Positions 1-10,816 of a stretch of 64,000 nucleotides of DNA are shown one piece after another (within the stretch, counting starts at the first letter, position 1; each line of letters begins with the position of its first letter). The stretch is from Nitrospirota bacterium (GTDB taxonomy: Bacteria > Nitrospirota > UBA9217). The position numbers were made by a program, and so were the translations under genes. The notes under the pieces are model-generated. The model was not told where the DNA came from, did no database searches, and worked only from the letters and a program-made list of their open reading frames with translations. The stretch spans positions 128,001 to 192,000 of the forward strand of contig CAWBNQ010000001.1 of NCBI GenBank assembly GCA_963790205.1. The letters run 5' to 3'.

Positions 1-629
1 GAATAATCAACGAAAGACGCCATGTTCCACGACGGGCTGCATCCGCAGATCATGTACACGAAGTTCCTGAGGATCTGTACTCCCTGAGGCGTGTGCACAA
101 CTTCGGGATGAAACTGGACGCCGTAGAACTTGCGCTTCTCATCCGCCATGGCCGCGGTCGGGGAATTGTCGGTATGCGCGATGGCATGGAACCCCTCGGG
201 CATTCTCTCGATCCGGTCGCCGTGGCTCATCCAGACGGTGGACTTGCCTCCTTCGCCGATTCCCGAGAACAATCCCTCATTCTTGTGCAGGTTCAGCTCC
301 GCCCTGCCGTACTCGCGTTTGCTCGATTTCGCCACCTGGCCGCCGAGCACGTGCGTCAAAAGCTGCATCCCGTAGCAGATGCCGAGCACCGGGACGCCGA
401 GATCAAGATGCACTTTGTCGATGAGCGGCGCGCCGGCATCATACACGCTCGACGGCCCGCCTGAGAGGATGATACCTTTGGGCCTGAAGGCCTTGACCTT
501 TTCGATACCCGCGTTGAACGGGAATATCTCGCAGTAGATCTTTGCTTCGCGCACCCTGCGCGCGATGAGCTGGGTATACTGAGACCCGAAATCGAGGATC
601 AATATTCGTTCGCTGTGGATGTCGGACAC
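1..629 (-). CDS. guaA: GMP synthase (glutamine-hydrolysing), 5' part; runs off the window
   Basis: Manual translation from GTG 629 (AGGAG RBS upstream) gives MSDIHSERILILDFGSQYTQLIARRVRE, then GICYGMQL and VQFHPEV GATase motifs; absent from the ORF track. Confidence 0.95.
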   Translation of the reverse strand, partial: MSDIHSERILILDFGSQYTQLIARRVREAKIYCEIFPFNAGIEKVKAFRPKGIILSGGPSSVYDAGAPLIDKVHLDLGVPVLGICYGMQLLTHVLGGQVAKSSKREYGRAELNLHKNEGLFSGIGEGGKSTVWMSHGDRIERMPEGFHAIAHTDNSPTAAMADEKRKFYGVQFHPEVVHTPQGVQILRNFVYMICGCSPSWNMASFVDY

Positions 630-755
630 AAACTGCTCCTTTCAAATCCTGAGGTAGGGCCATATTACCCTATGTTGCGCGGGAGTGTCAATCTGAAGAT
701 TCCTGGTTGAAAACTGGCCTTGACAATACTCTGAGAGACCGTCTATTATATTTCC

Positions 756-1511
756 ATGAACGGGCAGCTCTATCAAAAACTGCGAGAGACAGCACACCGC
801 GTTGCCGGCAGCCTGCCGAAACCGGCTTTTTGTGGAAAACATGAAGCTGTCATTCGCCAGGCCGACGACACGCTCGCGACGAACGAGACGGTTCGCCGCT
901 GCAGGACCTATCTCGACGCATCTCAATTGGAATGCGCCCACGGCCTCTGCCACTGTGAGGCGGTGGCTCGCGACGCGGGGGCCATCGTCCTCATCGAAGC
1001 ACCGGTAAACGGAATCGACCAATCGGGTATCGAACCGCTGTTCACGGCGGCGATTATCGCCGGATTGCTCCATGACATCAAACGAAAAGAGCAGGACCAC
1101 GCGGTCCGGGGAAGCATCGAAGCGGAGAAGATCCTGGCGGGTCTCGGCATGAGCTTAAGGGAGCGGCAATACATTGCTGATGCCATCAGGAACCACGAAG
1201 CGTTTCAGGAAACCTTTGATCGTGACGACGCGGCCGGACGACTCGTAAGCGATGCGCTCTACGATGCCGACAAGTTCAGATGGGGACCGGAGAATTTCAC
1301 TACGACGCTCTGGCTCATGGTCGAAGCGCACGATACGCCTCCGGAAGTGCTGCACCGGACATTCAAGGACAAAATGAAGGGTATCGAAAGAATCAAGGAA
1401 ACGTTCCGGACCGCAACCGGCAGGCGGTACGGCCCGGAGTTTATCGATCAGGGGATCATGATCGGAAATGCGATCTATGATGAGATGACAACCTTGCTCA
1501 AGAACAGCTGA
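756..1511 (+). CDS. HD-domain metal-dependent phosphohydrolase
   Basis: HG..H, LLHDI, IRNH and DADK motifs. Confidence 0.8.
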   Translation: MNGQLYQKLRETAHRVAGSLPKPAFCGKHEAVIRQADDTLATNETVRRCRTYLDASQLECAHGLCHCEAVARDAGAIVLIEAPVNGIDQSGIEPLFTAAIIAGLLHDIKRKEQDHAVRGSIEAEKILAGLGMSLRERQYIADAIRNHEAFQETFDRDDAAGRLVSDALYDADKFRWGPENFTTTLWLMVEAHDTPPEVLHRTFKDKMKGIERIKETFRTATGRRYGPEFIDQGIMIGNAIYDEMTTLLKNS

Positions 1512-1540
1512 CGGGAAGCGGTTATCCCGGCTTCTGACTC

Positions 1541-2465
1541 CTAGTCGATCTCGCCGATCTGCCCCTTTTCTTTGTTCCCGTATACCCTTCTCATCACCGC
1601 ATCGGTGCGGTCCTTGCGCGTTTCAGCGACTCCATCCCTGATCTTGAGGGTTTGCTCGGCAAACATCGCCGACCGGAGCCATTCGTAACCAAGTTTCAAG
1701 AGTTCGGCATCGTCGGTCCGCACTTTTTCGATCCGCTCCTGCGGGATGTCGTACGTCTCAAGGAAACTGCTCCCGAACACGAACTCGCGTAAATAATCGG
1801 TGTTCGTGCTGACCATGAAGAACATCTGGTTCTTGATCTCCGGGAATTCTTTCTCGCCGAAGGACTTCTTCTTGATCAGGATCTCCATCCAGCCGCGGTT
1901 CATGTCGTCGTGGAGGTCCGCTTCCTGGTCCTTGCGCCACTCGCCGATGGTCCATTCCTTGTCCTCCTCGAACCCCTTGCAGTGTTCCTCTTTGGTCATG
2001 AAATAAAATTCGTCTTTGCCGCCCTCGACGTCCTTTTTCCTGAGCGTGGCCATGCCCACGGGATAGTAGCGGCAGATGTTCGGCCGGTCCTCGTACACCG
2101 TGCAGCCTTCAGGCGTCAGGAAGGGACAGCTTTTTTTTTCGTCGTTCTGCATTTTAATCGTGATCACGGGAAGGAGCGTCTTTGCCAGGATTTCGATCTC
2201 GCAATACTTGTTGATGAAATCCTCGGTCGTCAGGCCAAGCCGCTTCCTGAGACGCAGAAGATCGTAGGGCGGCAGGACGATGTTGATGTTGCTGCAGCAG
2301 GCGGTGAAACACTCGAACACCCTTGTGGCAGCGGAACTTGAACTTGCTGTTCGCCGTCAGTTTTACCGGCACGACCTTGTCGTTTTTCCCCTTTGTTAAA
2401 GGGACGCTGTCATCGGCAAGTTCCTGGTCGAAATCGTTTTTTTCTTTGTCCTTATCTTTCATCAT
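1541..2465 (-). CDS. YkgJ/UPF0153 cysteine-cluster protein, split by a +1 frameshift near 2315-2317
   Basis: Removing one base joins FKFRCHKGV to ECFTACC (CxxxxxCxxxCC); CPFL..GCTVYEDRP..CRYYP motif downstream. Confidence 0.8.
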
Positions 2466-2496
2466 TACCTCTTCTTGATTTTTAATCCGCAATCCG

Positions 2497-2539
2497 CCCG
2501 CACCCAGCGTTTACGAGTGCCTAGCGCGAGTGCAGGGTG
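2497..2539. repeat. 43-bp miniature palindromic element, copy 1
   Basis: 2494-2544 matches 7078-7128 at 47/51 positions; ends CC(C/T)GCAC...GTGCAGG are inverted repeats. Confidence 0.75.
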
Positions 2540-2555
2540 AAATCTGCAATTCAGC

Positions 2556-3050
2556 TCACTTCATCCAGCCTTGTATCTCGTGATGCTGTTTTCTGAAAAG
2601 CTCGACGCCTTCGTGATCAGGTCCGAGGATGTCCTTGAACCGGTCGAGCGCTTCATAAAACGGCATCTCCCGCACCCCGCTGATCAGGTTGTCGGCATAG
2701 GAGACGATTTTTTCTTCCGCGGTAAGCGGCAGGTAATCCTTTTTCGGCAGCCCGAGCCTCTCCGCCTCTTCCGCAGTGATGCCCGCGCCGATGTGACGCT
2801 CGATAATGCGAACAAGCGCGTCGGAAAAACCGAGGCCTTTCGCGATTTCGACGCCGACAATGGCATGTTCAAGTCCGTGCGTGCGGGACCTTCCGATATC
2901 GTGGAATAACCCGCCCTGGCGTATCAGTTCATGGTCAACGGGGACCTTCACACGCCCGGCGATGGCCAATGCGGTCCGCGAAACGGTCCGACAGTGGGCA
3001 ACAACATCGGGAGAGCAACCAGCCTTTATTAATACATCCACCTCACTCAT
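2556..3050 (-). CDS. HDIG-domain protein (TIGR00295-like)
   Basis: HDIGRS..HG..HA and IERHIGAGI motifs; YAD. Confidence 0.8.
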   Translation of the reverse strand: MSEVDVLIKAGCSPDVVAHCRTVSRTALAIAGRVKVPVDHELIRQGGLFHDIGRSRTHGLEHAIVGVEIAKGLGFSDALVRIIERHIGAGITAEEAERLGLPKKDYLPLTAEEKIVSYADNLISGVREMPFYEALDRFKDILGPDHEGVELFRKQHHEIQGWMK

Positions 3051-3110
3051 AAACCAGGAAATAATACCACTTTATCGTCAAATTACAAGCGGGGAATCAG
3101 CACCAGCGAT

Positions 3111-3144
3111 AAAAAAAGGCTGCCCCAGGATCTGGGGCAGCCTT
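3111..3144 (-). terminator. Intrinsic terminator after hppA
   Basis: aaggctgccccag/ctggggcagcctt stem followed by a T run on the minus strand. Confidence 0.85.
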
Positions 3145-3161
3145 GTGATTGCGGATGCTGC

Positions 3162-5240
3162 TTACTTGATCAACGGAACGATCAGGAGCGCAACGATGTT
3201 GATGACCTTGATCATCGGGTTGATGGCCGGTCCTGCGGTGTCCTTGTAGGGATCGCCGACCGTGTCGCCCGTTACCGAGGCCTTGTGGCCTTCGCTGCCC
3301 TTCTTGTGCACGACGCCCTTGCTGTCCGTGACGCCGTCTTCAAAGGACTTCTTGGCATTGTCCCATGCGCCGCCGCCGGAGGTCATGGCTATGGCCTGGA
3401 ACAGACCGGTCACGATCGCGCCGATGAGCACGCCGCCCAGGGCTTCTTTGCCCAGGAGGAGACCAACCAGCACCGGAACGACGACCGGGAGGAGCGCCGG
3501 GATCATCATTTCGCTGATGGCGCCCTTGGTCACGATGTCAACACACGCTGCGTAATCAGGCTTGCCGGTACCTTCCATGATGCCCTTGATTTCCGCAAAC
3601 TGTCTGCGAACTTCAACCACCACACCGCCTGCAGCCTTAGCAACGGACTCCATCAGGAGCGCACCAAAGTAGTAGGGAAGCATGCCGCCGATGAACAGGC
3701 CGCACAGAACCAAGGGGTTCGAAAGTTCGAATGTCACAACCCCACCGGTGAAGGAGCGTGAATATTCCGAGAACAGCACCAAAGCTGCCAGCGCTGCAGA
3801 ACCGATGGCATAGCCCTTGGTCACTGCCTTGGTCGTGTTGCCGACCGCATCGAGGGGGTCCGTGATGTCGCGGATCTCTTTCGGGAGACCGGCCATTTCA
3901 GCCACGCCGCCCGCATTGTCCGTGATCGGGCCGTAGGAGTCGATGGCCACAACGATACCGGTCATGGAGAGCATGGACACGGCTGCCAGCGCGATTGCGA
4001 AGATGCCGCCGGATGCCGCATTCGCTGCGCCGGAGAATCCGCCGCCAAGCCAGTAAGCGCCGAGGATCGATGCAACGATCACTAGCACGGGCGGTGCGGT
4101 GGCCTTCATGCTGACTGCGAGGCCGGCGATCACGTTCGTGCCGTGGCCGGTGAGGCTCGCCTGTGCAATGTGCTGCACCGGGGAATACTCTTTCGCGGTG
4201 AAATACTCCGTGATCCAGACGATCAAGCCGGTAAGAGCAAGACCGATGAGGGAGATGAAGAACACGGTGTTGGCCGTGAACACGCCGGCATTTGCGCCGA
4301 GGCCTTCGATGAAGCTCTTGGACACGAAGTAGAACGCGATTGCTGCGATAATGCCTGCAACGGCCAATCCCTTGTACAGGGCGCCCATGATGTAGTTATT
4401 CTTGCCAAGTCTCACAAAGTAGGTGCCCACGATGGAAGCAATGATCGAAACGCCGCCCAGCATGAGCGGGAACTCGATCCAGGGGCTGTCCGCGCCGAAC
4501 AGGGTCTTGGCGAGGAGCATGGCGGCCACAAGGGTCACCGTGTAGGTCTCATAGAGGTCGGCGGCCATACCGGCACAGTCGCCCACGTTGTCGCCCACGT
4601 TGTCGGCTATCACGGCGGGATTCCGGGGATCGTCCTCGGGGATGTTCTTCTCAACTTTGCCCACGAGGTCGGCTCCCACGTCAGCGGCCTTGGTGTAAAT
4701 GCCGCCCGCGATGCGGGCGAACACGCTCATGAGCGAGCAGCCGAAGCCGAGACCGATAAGAGCATGGGAAGCGCTCTCCGGAGCCATGGATTTAGCGACA
4801 AAATAAAAACCTGCAAGGCCGATGATGCCGAGGCCCACGACCATGATGCCGGTCACGGAGCCGCCCTTGAACGCAAGGCTGAGCGCGGCCTGGAGGCCTT
4901 TGCTCGCTGCCGCGGCAGTACGCACGTTTGCACGGAGCGACACCCACATGCCGATGAAACCGGCGAGTGCGGAACCGACCGTCCCGACGATGAATCCGGC
5001 GGCTGCCCACATACCGAGGGCGGGAACGAAGGCCAGGATAAGGATCAAAATCACTGCGACGATTGCAACTGTCTTGTACTCGCGCGCTATGAATGCATTA
5101 GCGCCTTCCTTTACTGCGTTGGAAATATCGATCATTTTCTGATTGCCTGAATCCTGCTTGTTCACCCAGATCGCGGTCACGATGCCGTAGATAACGCCGG
5201 CAACGCCGCAGACCAGGGCAAAAAGAATCGTGTTACTCAT
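3162..5240 (-). CDS. hppA: Membrane H+-translocating pyrophosphatase, K+-independent type
   Basis: [34 protein letters not shown] and [11 protein letters not shown] motifs; GNTTK carries Lys at the K+-dependence position. Confidence 0.95.
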   Translation of the reverse strand: MSNTILFALVCGVAGVIYGIVTAIWVNKQDSGNQKMIDISNAVKEGANAFIAREYKTVAIVAVILILILAFVPALGMWAAAGFIVGTVGSALAGFIGMWVSLRANVRTAAAASKGLQAALSLAFKGGSVTGIMVVGLGIIGLAGFYFVAKSMAPESASHALIGLGFGCSLMSVFARIAGGIYTKAADVGADLVGKVEKNIPEDDPRNPAVIADNVGDNVGDCAGMAADLYETYTVTLVAAMLLAKTLFGADSPWIEFPLMLGGVSIIASIVGTYFVRLGKNNYIMGALYKGLAVAGIIAAIAFYFVSKSFIEGLGANAGVFTANTVFFISLIGLALTGLIVWITEYFTAKEYSPVQHIAQASLTGHGTNVIAGLAVSMKATAPPVLVIVASILGAYWLGGGFSGAANAASGGIFAIALAAVSMLSMTGIVVAIDSYGPITDNAGGVAEMAGLPKEIRDITDPLDAVGNTTKAVTKGYAIGSAALAALVLFSEYSRSFTGGVVTFELSNPLVLCGLFIGGMLPYYFGALLMESVAKAAGGVVVEVRRQFAEIKGIMEGTGKPDYAACVDIVTKGAISEMMIPALLPVVVPVLVGLLLGKEALGGVLIGAIVTGLFQAIAMTSGGGAWDNAKKSFEDGVTDSKGVVHKKGSEGHKASVTGDTVGDPYKDTAGPAINPMIKVINIVALLIVPLIK

Positions 5241-5393
5241 TAGTTCTCCTCCTTTAGAATTGATTTATAGTGCAATTAATCTCGTTTAATAATTAATGCT
5301 GCGCCAATGTTCTTTGATTACAATGAATCCTGCTAATACGGTAACGCTTTTCCCTTTCCGCATCCCCCCCTCGTGAGTTTTTACGATCAGCGT

Positions 5394-5828
5394 TTAAACC
5401 TCGAACTTGCCGCCGATCATGTCCTTCAGATAGTGGTTTTCCGCCTTCAGGTTCTTGACCAGCACCCTCACCACGTCGCGCATGGACAAAAGGCCGACCA
5501 GCCCGCTCTCCTCGACTACCGGGGTATGACGGATATTGTTCTGGATCATGATGGCCATCACGTAGTCGAGGTCGTCCCCCGGCTTTACCACGAGCAGGTT
5601 GGTGCTCATGACGTCCTTGATGTTCACATCCTTGCACTCACGCTCACCCGCGGAATTCTTGACGATGTCGCGCTCGGTGACAATGCCCGCGAGCGAGCCC
5701 CGATCCATGACCAGCAACGCCCCGATGTTGCACTCGGACATCTGCCTGGCCGCGTCGAACAGCGTCTGATCGCCGGTGATGCTGAAACACTCAAGCCCTT
5801 TTATGCTTAACAGTTCTTTGACTTTCAT
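5394..5828 (-). CDS. Stand-alone CBS-pair protein
   Basis: IGALLV..GIVTERD and IRHTPV..GLLSMRD; starts 27 nt after the qmoC stop. Confidence 0.9.
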   Translation of the reverse strand: MKVKELLSIKGLECFSITGDQTLFDAARQMSECNIGALLVMDRGSLAGIVTERDIVKNSAGERECKDVNIKDVMSTNLLVVKPGDDLDYVMAIMIQNNIRHTPVVEESGLVGLLSMRDVVRVLVKNLKAENHYLKDMIGGKFEV

Positions 5829-5854
5829 GGCTTACTCCCAATAGGTGAAACGGG

Positions 5855-7021
5855 TTACTGCTTGTCGCGTCCGCTGTTTTTTGCGAACACCATGGCCGTT
5901 GTACGGTAGAACAGATGCGCGAACTTCGAGTACGGAGCGTACGCGAACAACGACCAGATGAACACCAAGTGGAAATAGTACACCACATAGCCTGCGCTCA
6001 TATCGGCGAGCCGAAGCGCCCAGGACAACATACCGGTCGCTCCGACGCCGAACACGATTAAGAGGAAAATCCAGTCGAAATAGGAGCCCATGCCCGCCTT
6101 GCCTGCTTTCGCCAAACGGTTCAGGAGGATGATCACGAAGCCTGCCGCAAAGGCAACTGAACTGATCAGGGCCAGGATCTTCACGGGGTCGCTGTTCGGG
6201 TAGGGCGACTCGCCGAAGTGGAAGGGCCCGAAAGCCTGGATGCCCAGCAGTTCAAAGCCGTAGAGATAAACGATCGCCCAGGTCGTTACGACCGCCAGCC
6301 CGGCGAAGGAATAGAACAGCAGCATATGGCCCCATTGTCTCAGCCGGTTCACATTGCAATCCGCGAACTTCGAGTGGGCCAGAATCGTGGTAACGGAGGA
6401 AACAACGTCTCCGACGAGGCTACCGCTGGACTTCATCTCTCCGGCCTGGGCCTTCATGCCGCTCCAGAGCCGCTTGATCCCGACGAAAGCGGATGCCGCA
6501 GCAAAGATCGCCGTCAGGATGAACACGGTATCGATTACGGGAACGGGGACGAACTTGTGGTAGGCCATGATGTTGCCCTCGGCCCTCGGGGCGGTAAAGC
6601 CCGCGTTGCCGAGCACCAGCAGGATTACATAAAAGAGCGCCATGGGGATGGCGAACAGGACCGGCAGGAGCTTCCAGTCCGTCGCGATCTTCGCGAACAA
6701 AGGCACCATCGCGACGTGCTTGATGCTCTGCTTTCGGATGGCGTTCAGGACCTCGCCGGGTTTTGCGCCGCGCGGGCAGTAGGCCGTGCAATCGCTGCAC
6801 TGGTGGCAAAGCCAGACGTCCGGGCTCGTGATGAGCTTGTCTTTCTGTCCCCACTGGGCGAGGACCATTTCCTTGCGTGGAAAAGGATTCCCCTCGGGCG
6901 TAACGTTGCAGACCACCGAGCAGGTGGCGCATTGGTAGCACTTCTTCAGGGACTCTCCGCCTCCCTTGATGATCTCGTTCACAAATTGTAAGTCGGGTTT
7001 GATAACCGTTGCGTCTGACAT
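5855..7021 (-). CDS. qmoC: Quinone-interacting membrane oxidoreductase subunit C
   Basis: Two 4Fe-4S motifs (CYQCATCSVVC, CHQCSDCTAYCP) plus a membrane cytochrome b domain (PYSKFAH); follows qmoB. Confidence 0.93.
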   Translation of the reverse strand: MSDATVIKPDLQFVNEIIKGGGESLKKCYQCATCSVVCNVTPEGNPFPRKEMVLAQWGQKDKLITSPDVWLCHQCSDCTAYCPRGAKPGEVLNAIRKQSIKHVAMVPLFAKIATDWKLLPVLFAIPMALFYVILLVLGNAGFTAPRAEGNIMAYHKFVPVPVIDTVFILTAIFAAASAFVGIKRLWSGMKAQAGEMKSSGSLVGDVVSSVTTILAHSKFADCNVNRLRQWGHMLLFYSFAGLAVVTTWAIVYLYGFELLGIQAFGPFHFGESPYPNSDPVKILALISSVAFAAGFVIILLNRLAKAGKAGMGSYFDWIFLLIVFGVGATGMLSWALRLADMSAGYVVYYFHLVFIWSLFAYAPYSKFAHLFYRTTAMVFAKNSGRDKQ

Positions 7022-7080
7022 AAATTCTATCCTCCAATTACTCTGTTAGGAGTGATGTTTGTATTTCATTCCGCAGGCCG

Positions 7081-7123
7081 CCCGCGCCCAGCGTTTACGA
7101 GTGTCCGGCGCGAGTGCAGGGTG
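7081..7123. repeat. 43-bp miniature palindromic element, copy 2
   Basis: Near-identical to 2497-2539; lies in the qmoB-qmoC spacer. Confidence 0.75.
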
Positions 7124-7138
7124 AAATCCGTATTCGGC

Positions 7139-9373
7139 TTACATACTCTTGAACGGGTTCGGCCCGATCGCCTTCACCTTCTCGGCAAACTCGTTGATCA
7201 TGTCCGGGAGCTTGTCGTATTCGTTGATAGCGATCTGCATCAGCTGGACCCGTTCGGATTCGAGCTGGAGCCTGTTCAAGGTCTCACTGACCTTGCTGAA
7301 GCGCGTATTTGCGAGTTCGCTGCCTTTGACGAAGTGGCACTGATAATTCTCGCCGTATTTGCAGCCCAGGAGCAGCATGCCGTCGATGCCCTTCGAGAGG
7401 GCGTCGGCGACCCAGACAAGGTTCATGCCGCCCAGGCAGCGCATGGAAACGAACCGCACGGAAGGATCGATCTTCTTCCCGGCAATGGCTGCCGTGTCAA
7501 GCGCCGGATAGGAGTCATTCTCGCATACAAGGCAGGCGATACGGAACGTGTCCTCGTCATCCGGCACGTCAATGGACTTGAGCATGGAGCCGACAATGTC
7601 CACGCTGTAATCCTTGAACGATACGATGCGTTCGGGGCAGGCGCCCATGCAGGTGCCGCACCGCCGGCAGCGGTTGAGATTGTATTTCGGAATGCCCTTC
7701 TCGTCTTCATCAATGGCGCCGAAGGGACACTCTTCCGTGCACCGCTTGCAAGCCGTACACTTGATGAGCATAGGATCGGGATACGTAACATCCCAGGCGC
7801 GCGGATGAACCGCGACGCCGCGTGCCACATGGTCCATGGCCTGGATTGCCTTGAACGCGGCTCCTGCCCCGTCCTCCATGGCTTCGGCCATGTTCATGGG
7901 CTGGTGCACGCCTCCGGCTGCGTAGATGCCGGTCCTCCTGGTCTCGTACTGGAAGCAGATGAAGTTCGAGTCGGCAAACCCTGATGCGCCTTCGAGGGTC
8001 GGAATTTCCGGCCCCTGGCGATATCCAAGGTTCAGGATATAATCCGGCTTCGGGGTCTGTTCGAGGTAGTTCTTCTTGGCTTCGTCTCCGCCGCCGGCAG
8101 CCTTGGTAAGTCCGTCGGCGTATTCCTGGGGCCCCCGCGTGGTCGGGACCATGCCGGTAGCGAGAACCACCAGATCGGCCTCAACTTTTACCTTCTCGCC
8201 TGTCTTGGCGCCGAAGAGCGTGTTTTCCATTTCGACAAACATGTTGCCGTTCCCGGCGTCGGATACGCCGGTGACGTCGGCTTTGCTGAGCATGACACCC
8301 GGATTGTTCTGGGCTTCTTTATAGTAGAGCTCCGTCCGGCCCGGCGTCCTGATGTCCTTGTAAAATATCATGGCGAGGGCATCCTCGTTCTGCCGGACAT
8401 ACTGAGCCTGCTTCAGCGACGTGGCGCAGCACATGGAAGAGCAATAGGGAAGATGGTTCGGATCCCGCTGGCCCGCGCACTGCACGAAGGCGACCTTCAG
8501 GGCCGGTTTGCCGTCGGAAGGTCGGAGAAGCTTTCCGTTGTTCTTCTTCGCGATCTCTTCGAGTTCGAGGTTCGTGACCACGTTCTTGAATTTTCCGTAG
8601 CCGAGGTAGTCGAGTTTATTCGCATCATACGGCTTCCAGCCCGTGGCCATGACAATGGCCCCGATCTTCATGGTCTCGCCGTTTGAAAGCATAACATCAT
8701 ACAGGCCTGGCTGGCCGTCGGTCTTGGATACGGTCGTTGACTTGTAGACCTTGATGTTGGGGTTGCTTTCTACCTCGCCTACGGTCTTGGCAATGTCGGT
8801 ATCAACGATAAGCGGCTTGTTGATATAGGATCCCGTTGGGATCTTCTTGTAGAGCTTGTTTACAAATCCGCCGAGTTGGGCATCCTTCTCCACGAGCACG
8901 ACCTTGTGGCCCGCGCCTGCAGCGGAGAGGGCAGAGGTCATGCCGGCGATCCCGCCGCCGATCACAAGGATCGTGTTGTTCAGGTCCGGCAGAATGTTCG
9001 GCTCGGGCAGGTCGCCCTTCTGGGTCTTGACAATGCCCATGGTGAGGTAATCGTAGGCTGCATCGTTTGTCGCATCCGTGTTCGGCTCCATGGTCCAGGC
9101 CACGAACTCGCGGATATTGACGCGCTCCACAATAGCTCCGGGAAAATCGAATTCTTCGTATTTGACGCGGGGAGAGCAGGCGGCGATGATGATCGTGTTC
9201 ACGCCTTCCTTCGCCATGTCGTCTTTTATCAGCTGAACGCCCTCGGGGCTGCACAGGACGTCATGGAACTTGTAGTTCTGTAACTTTTTGGCCGCACCGG
9301 CGACCTTCTCGACGTCCATCGCCTCTTTGATGCCGCATCCCTTACAGATATATACGCCGAATTTCTTCTCCAT
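7139..9373 (-). CDS. qmoB: QmoB: HdrA-like flavoprotein with ferredoxin and MvhD-like domains
   Basis: GGGIAG, FVQCAGQRD..YCSSMCC, two CxxCxxC motifs, C-terminal GCKYGENYQCHF. Confidence 0.95.
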   Translation of the reverse strand: MEKKFGVYICKGCGIKEAMDVEKVAGAAKKLQNYKFHDVLCSPEGVQLIKDDMAKEGVNTIIIAACSPRVKYEEFDFPGAIVERVNIREFVAWTMEPNTDATNDAAYDYLTMGIVKTQKGDLPEPNILPDLNNTILVIGGGIAGMTSALSAAGAGHKVVLVEKDAQLGGFVNKLYKKIPTGSYINKPLIVDTDIAKTVGEVESNPNIKVYKSTTVSKTDGQPGLYDVMLSNGETMKIGAIVMATGWKPYDANKLDYLGYGKFKNVVTNLELEEIAKKNNGKLLRPSDGKPALKVAFVQCAGQRDPNHLPYCSSMCCATSLKQAQYVRQNEDALAMIFYKDIRTPGRTELYYKEAQNNPGVMLSKADVTGVSDAGNGNMFVEMENTLFGAKTGEKVKVEADLVVLATGMVPTTRGPQEYADGLTKAAGGGDEAKKNYLEQTPKPDYILNLGYRQGPEIPTLEGASGFADSNFICFQYETRRTGIYAAGGVHQPMNMAEAMEDGAGAAFKAIQAMDHVARGVAVHPRAWDVTYPDPMLIKCTACKRCTEECPFGAIDEDEKGIPKYNLNRCRRCGTCMGACPERIVSFKDYSVDIVGSMLKSIDVPDDEDTFRIACLVCENDSYPALDTAAIAGKKIDPSVRFVSMRCLGGMNLVWVADALSKGIDGMLLLGCKYGENYQCHFVKGSELANTRFSKVSETLNRLQLESERVQLMQIAINEYDKLPDMINEFAEKVKAIGPNPFKSM

Positions 9374-9375
9374 CC

Positions 9376-10626
9376 TTATTTCCTCCTCAAGCTCTGGATG
9401 CTTTTCATGACCACACCCGTGGCATCCTGGGCAGACCGCGCCACGTCAACGGGGGTCTTGAGCGTCCCGGTCGCGTAAATGCCCTTCGGGAGCGTTGCCT
9501 GGTCCACGAACCCGTCGTCGGTCGGTACAATTCCCGCACCCTTGAGGGACTCTGTCGAAGGCTGCATACCCGTGGCGAGCACGACCATATCAAAGGTCTC
9601 GGTGATCTTGTTGCCGCCGTGAATGTCCTCGGCAGTCACCTTCACATCGCCGTTCGCTGCCTGCTCGACCTTGGCGACCTTGCCCTTGAGGAAGGACACG
9701 TTCTGGTCTTCCTTGATCTTGGTGTAGAACCGGTTCTCATAGAGACCCGGGGTCCGCATGTCGATATAAAAGATCTTCGCCTTTGAATCGGGATAGAGCT
9801 CGCGAACATAGGTCGCCTGCTTGATCGATGCCAGGCAGCAGATGTAGGAGCAATGGGCCAGATGGTTCTCGTCGCGTGAGCCCGCGCACTGGACAAAACC
9901 GATGTTCTTCACTTCTTTGCCGTCGGAGGGACGCACGATCTTGCCGGCCGTGGGGCCGTTGGGCGCTGCCAACCGCTCCATCATCATGTTCGTAACGACG
10001 TTCTGGACCTTGCCGAAGCCGAGATTGTCCATCTTCGTGGCGTCATAGGGGTTCCAGCCCGTGGCCATCACCACCGCGCCGACCTTCACGTTCACGGTCT
10101 CGGCTTTCATGTCAAGGTGGATGGCGTCGTATTTACATGCCGCAACGCATTTGGCGCAGGACGCTCCCTTGCATGCCTTGCCGTCGATAACGTACTTGAG
10201 CGGGAAAGCCTGGACATGCGGGAGATATGCAGCTTTTGTCTTGCTCATCCCGAAATCGAAATCGTTCGGCCGCTCGACATCGCACGCTTCAGCGCACTTA
10301 TTGCACCCCGTACACTTGTCGTTCACGAACCGGGGCTGCACCTTAATCGTCACATCAAAGTTGCCTTCCGAGCCCGAGATCTTCTCCACTTCGGCCATGG
10401 TGTAGATCGTCACGTTACCGTTGTTCTTGATCCTCTTGTACTGGATTTCGAGACCGCAGTTCGGCGGGCAGAGCTTCCAGAAATACTTATTGAGCTGCGT
10501 CACGCGGCCGCCGAGATAGGGGTTCTTCTCCACAATGATGACCTCGGTACCAGCCTCCGCGGCTTCTACCGCTGTCGTGAGGCCGCTGAAGCCCCCGCCG
10601 ACAACCAACATCTTATTTTCCGCCAT
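9376..10626 (-). CDS. qmoA: QmoA: HdrA-like flavoprotein
   Basis: GGGFSG, KLCPPNCGLE, FVQCAGSRDENHL..CSYICC. Confidence 0.95.
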   Translation of the reverse strand: MAENKMLVVGGGFSGLTTAVEAAEAGTEVIIVEKNPYLGGRVTQLNKYFWKLCPPNCGLEIQYKRIKNNGNVTIYTMAEVEKISGSEGNFDVTIKVQPRFVNDKCTGCNKCAEACDVERPNDFDFGMSKTKAAYLPHVQAFPLKYVIDGKACKGASCAKCVAACKYDAIHLDMKAETVNVKVGAVVMATGWNPYDATKMDNLGFGKVQNVVTNMMMERLAAPNGPTAGKIVRPSDGKEVKNIGFVQCAGSRDENHLAHCSYICCLASIKQATYVRELYPDSKAKIFYIDMRTPGLYENRFYTKIKEDQNVSFLKGKVAKVEQAANGDVKVTAEDIHGGNKITETFDMVVLATGMQPSTESLKGAGIVPTDDGFVDQATLPKGIYATGTLKTPVDVARSAQDATGVVMKSIQSLRRK

Positions 10627-10776
10627 GGTATCCTATTCCTCCTTAAAGGCAGTGCGCGCTCCATGATTGCAAATTGCAGATTGGAAATTAGAAATTGGAA
10701 ATTTTAACGCTAATGAAACAGGCTGGTCTTTCATTAAAACAATTTAAAATTTACAATCTTCAATTTCCAATAAAAT

Positions 10777-10804
10777 CTCCGGGGAGGGCTGACCCTCCCC
10801 GGAG
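10777..10804 (-). terminator. 12-bp hairpin after aprA (terminator or mRNA stabiliser)
   Basis: ctccggggaggg-ctga-ccctccccggag, followed by an imperfect U tract. Confidence 0.65.
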
Positions 10805-10816
10805 TTGTGCATGTTC

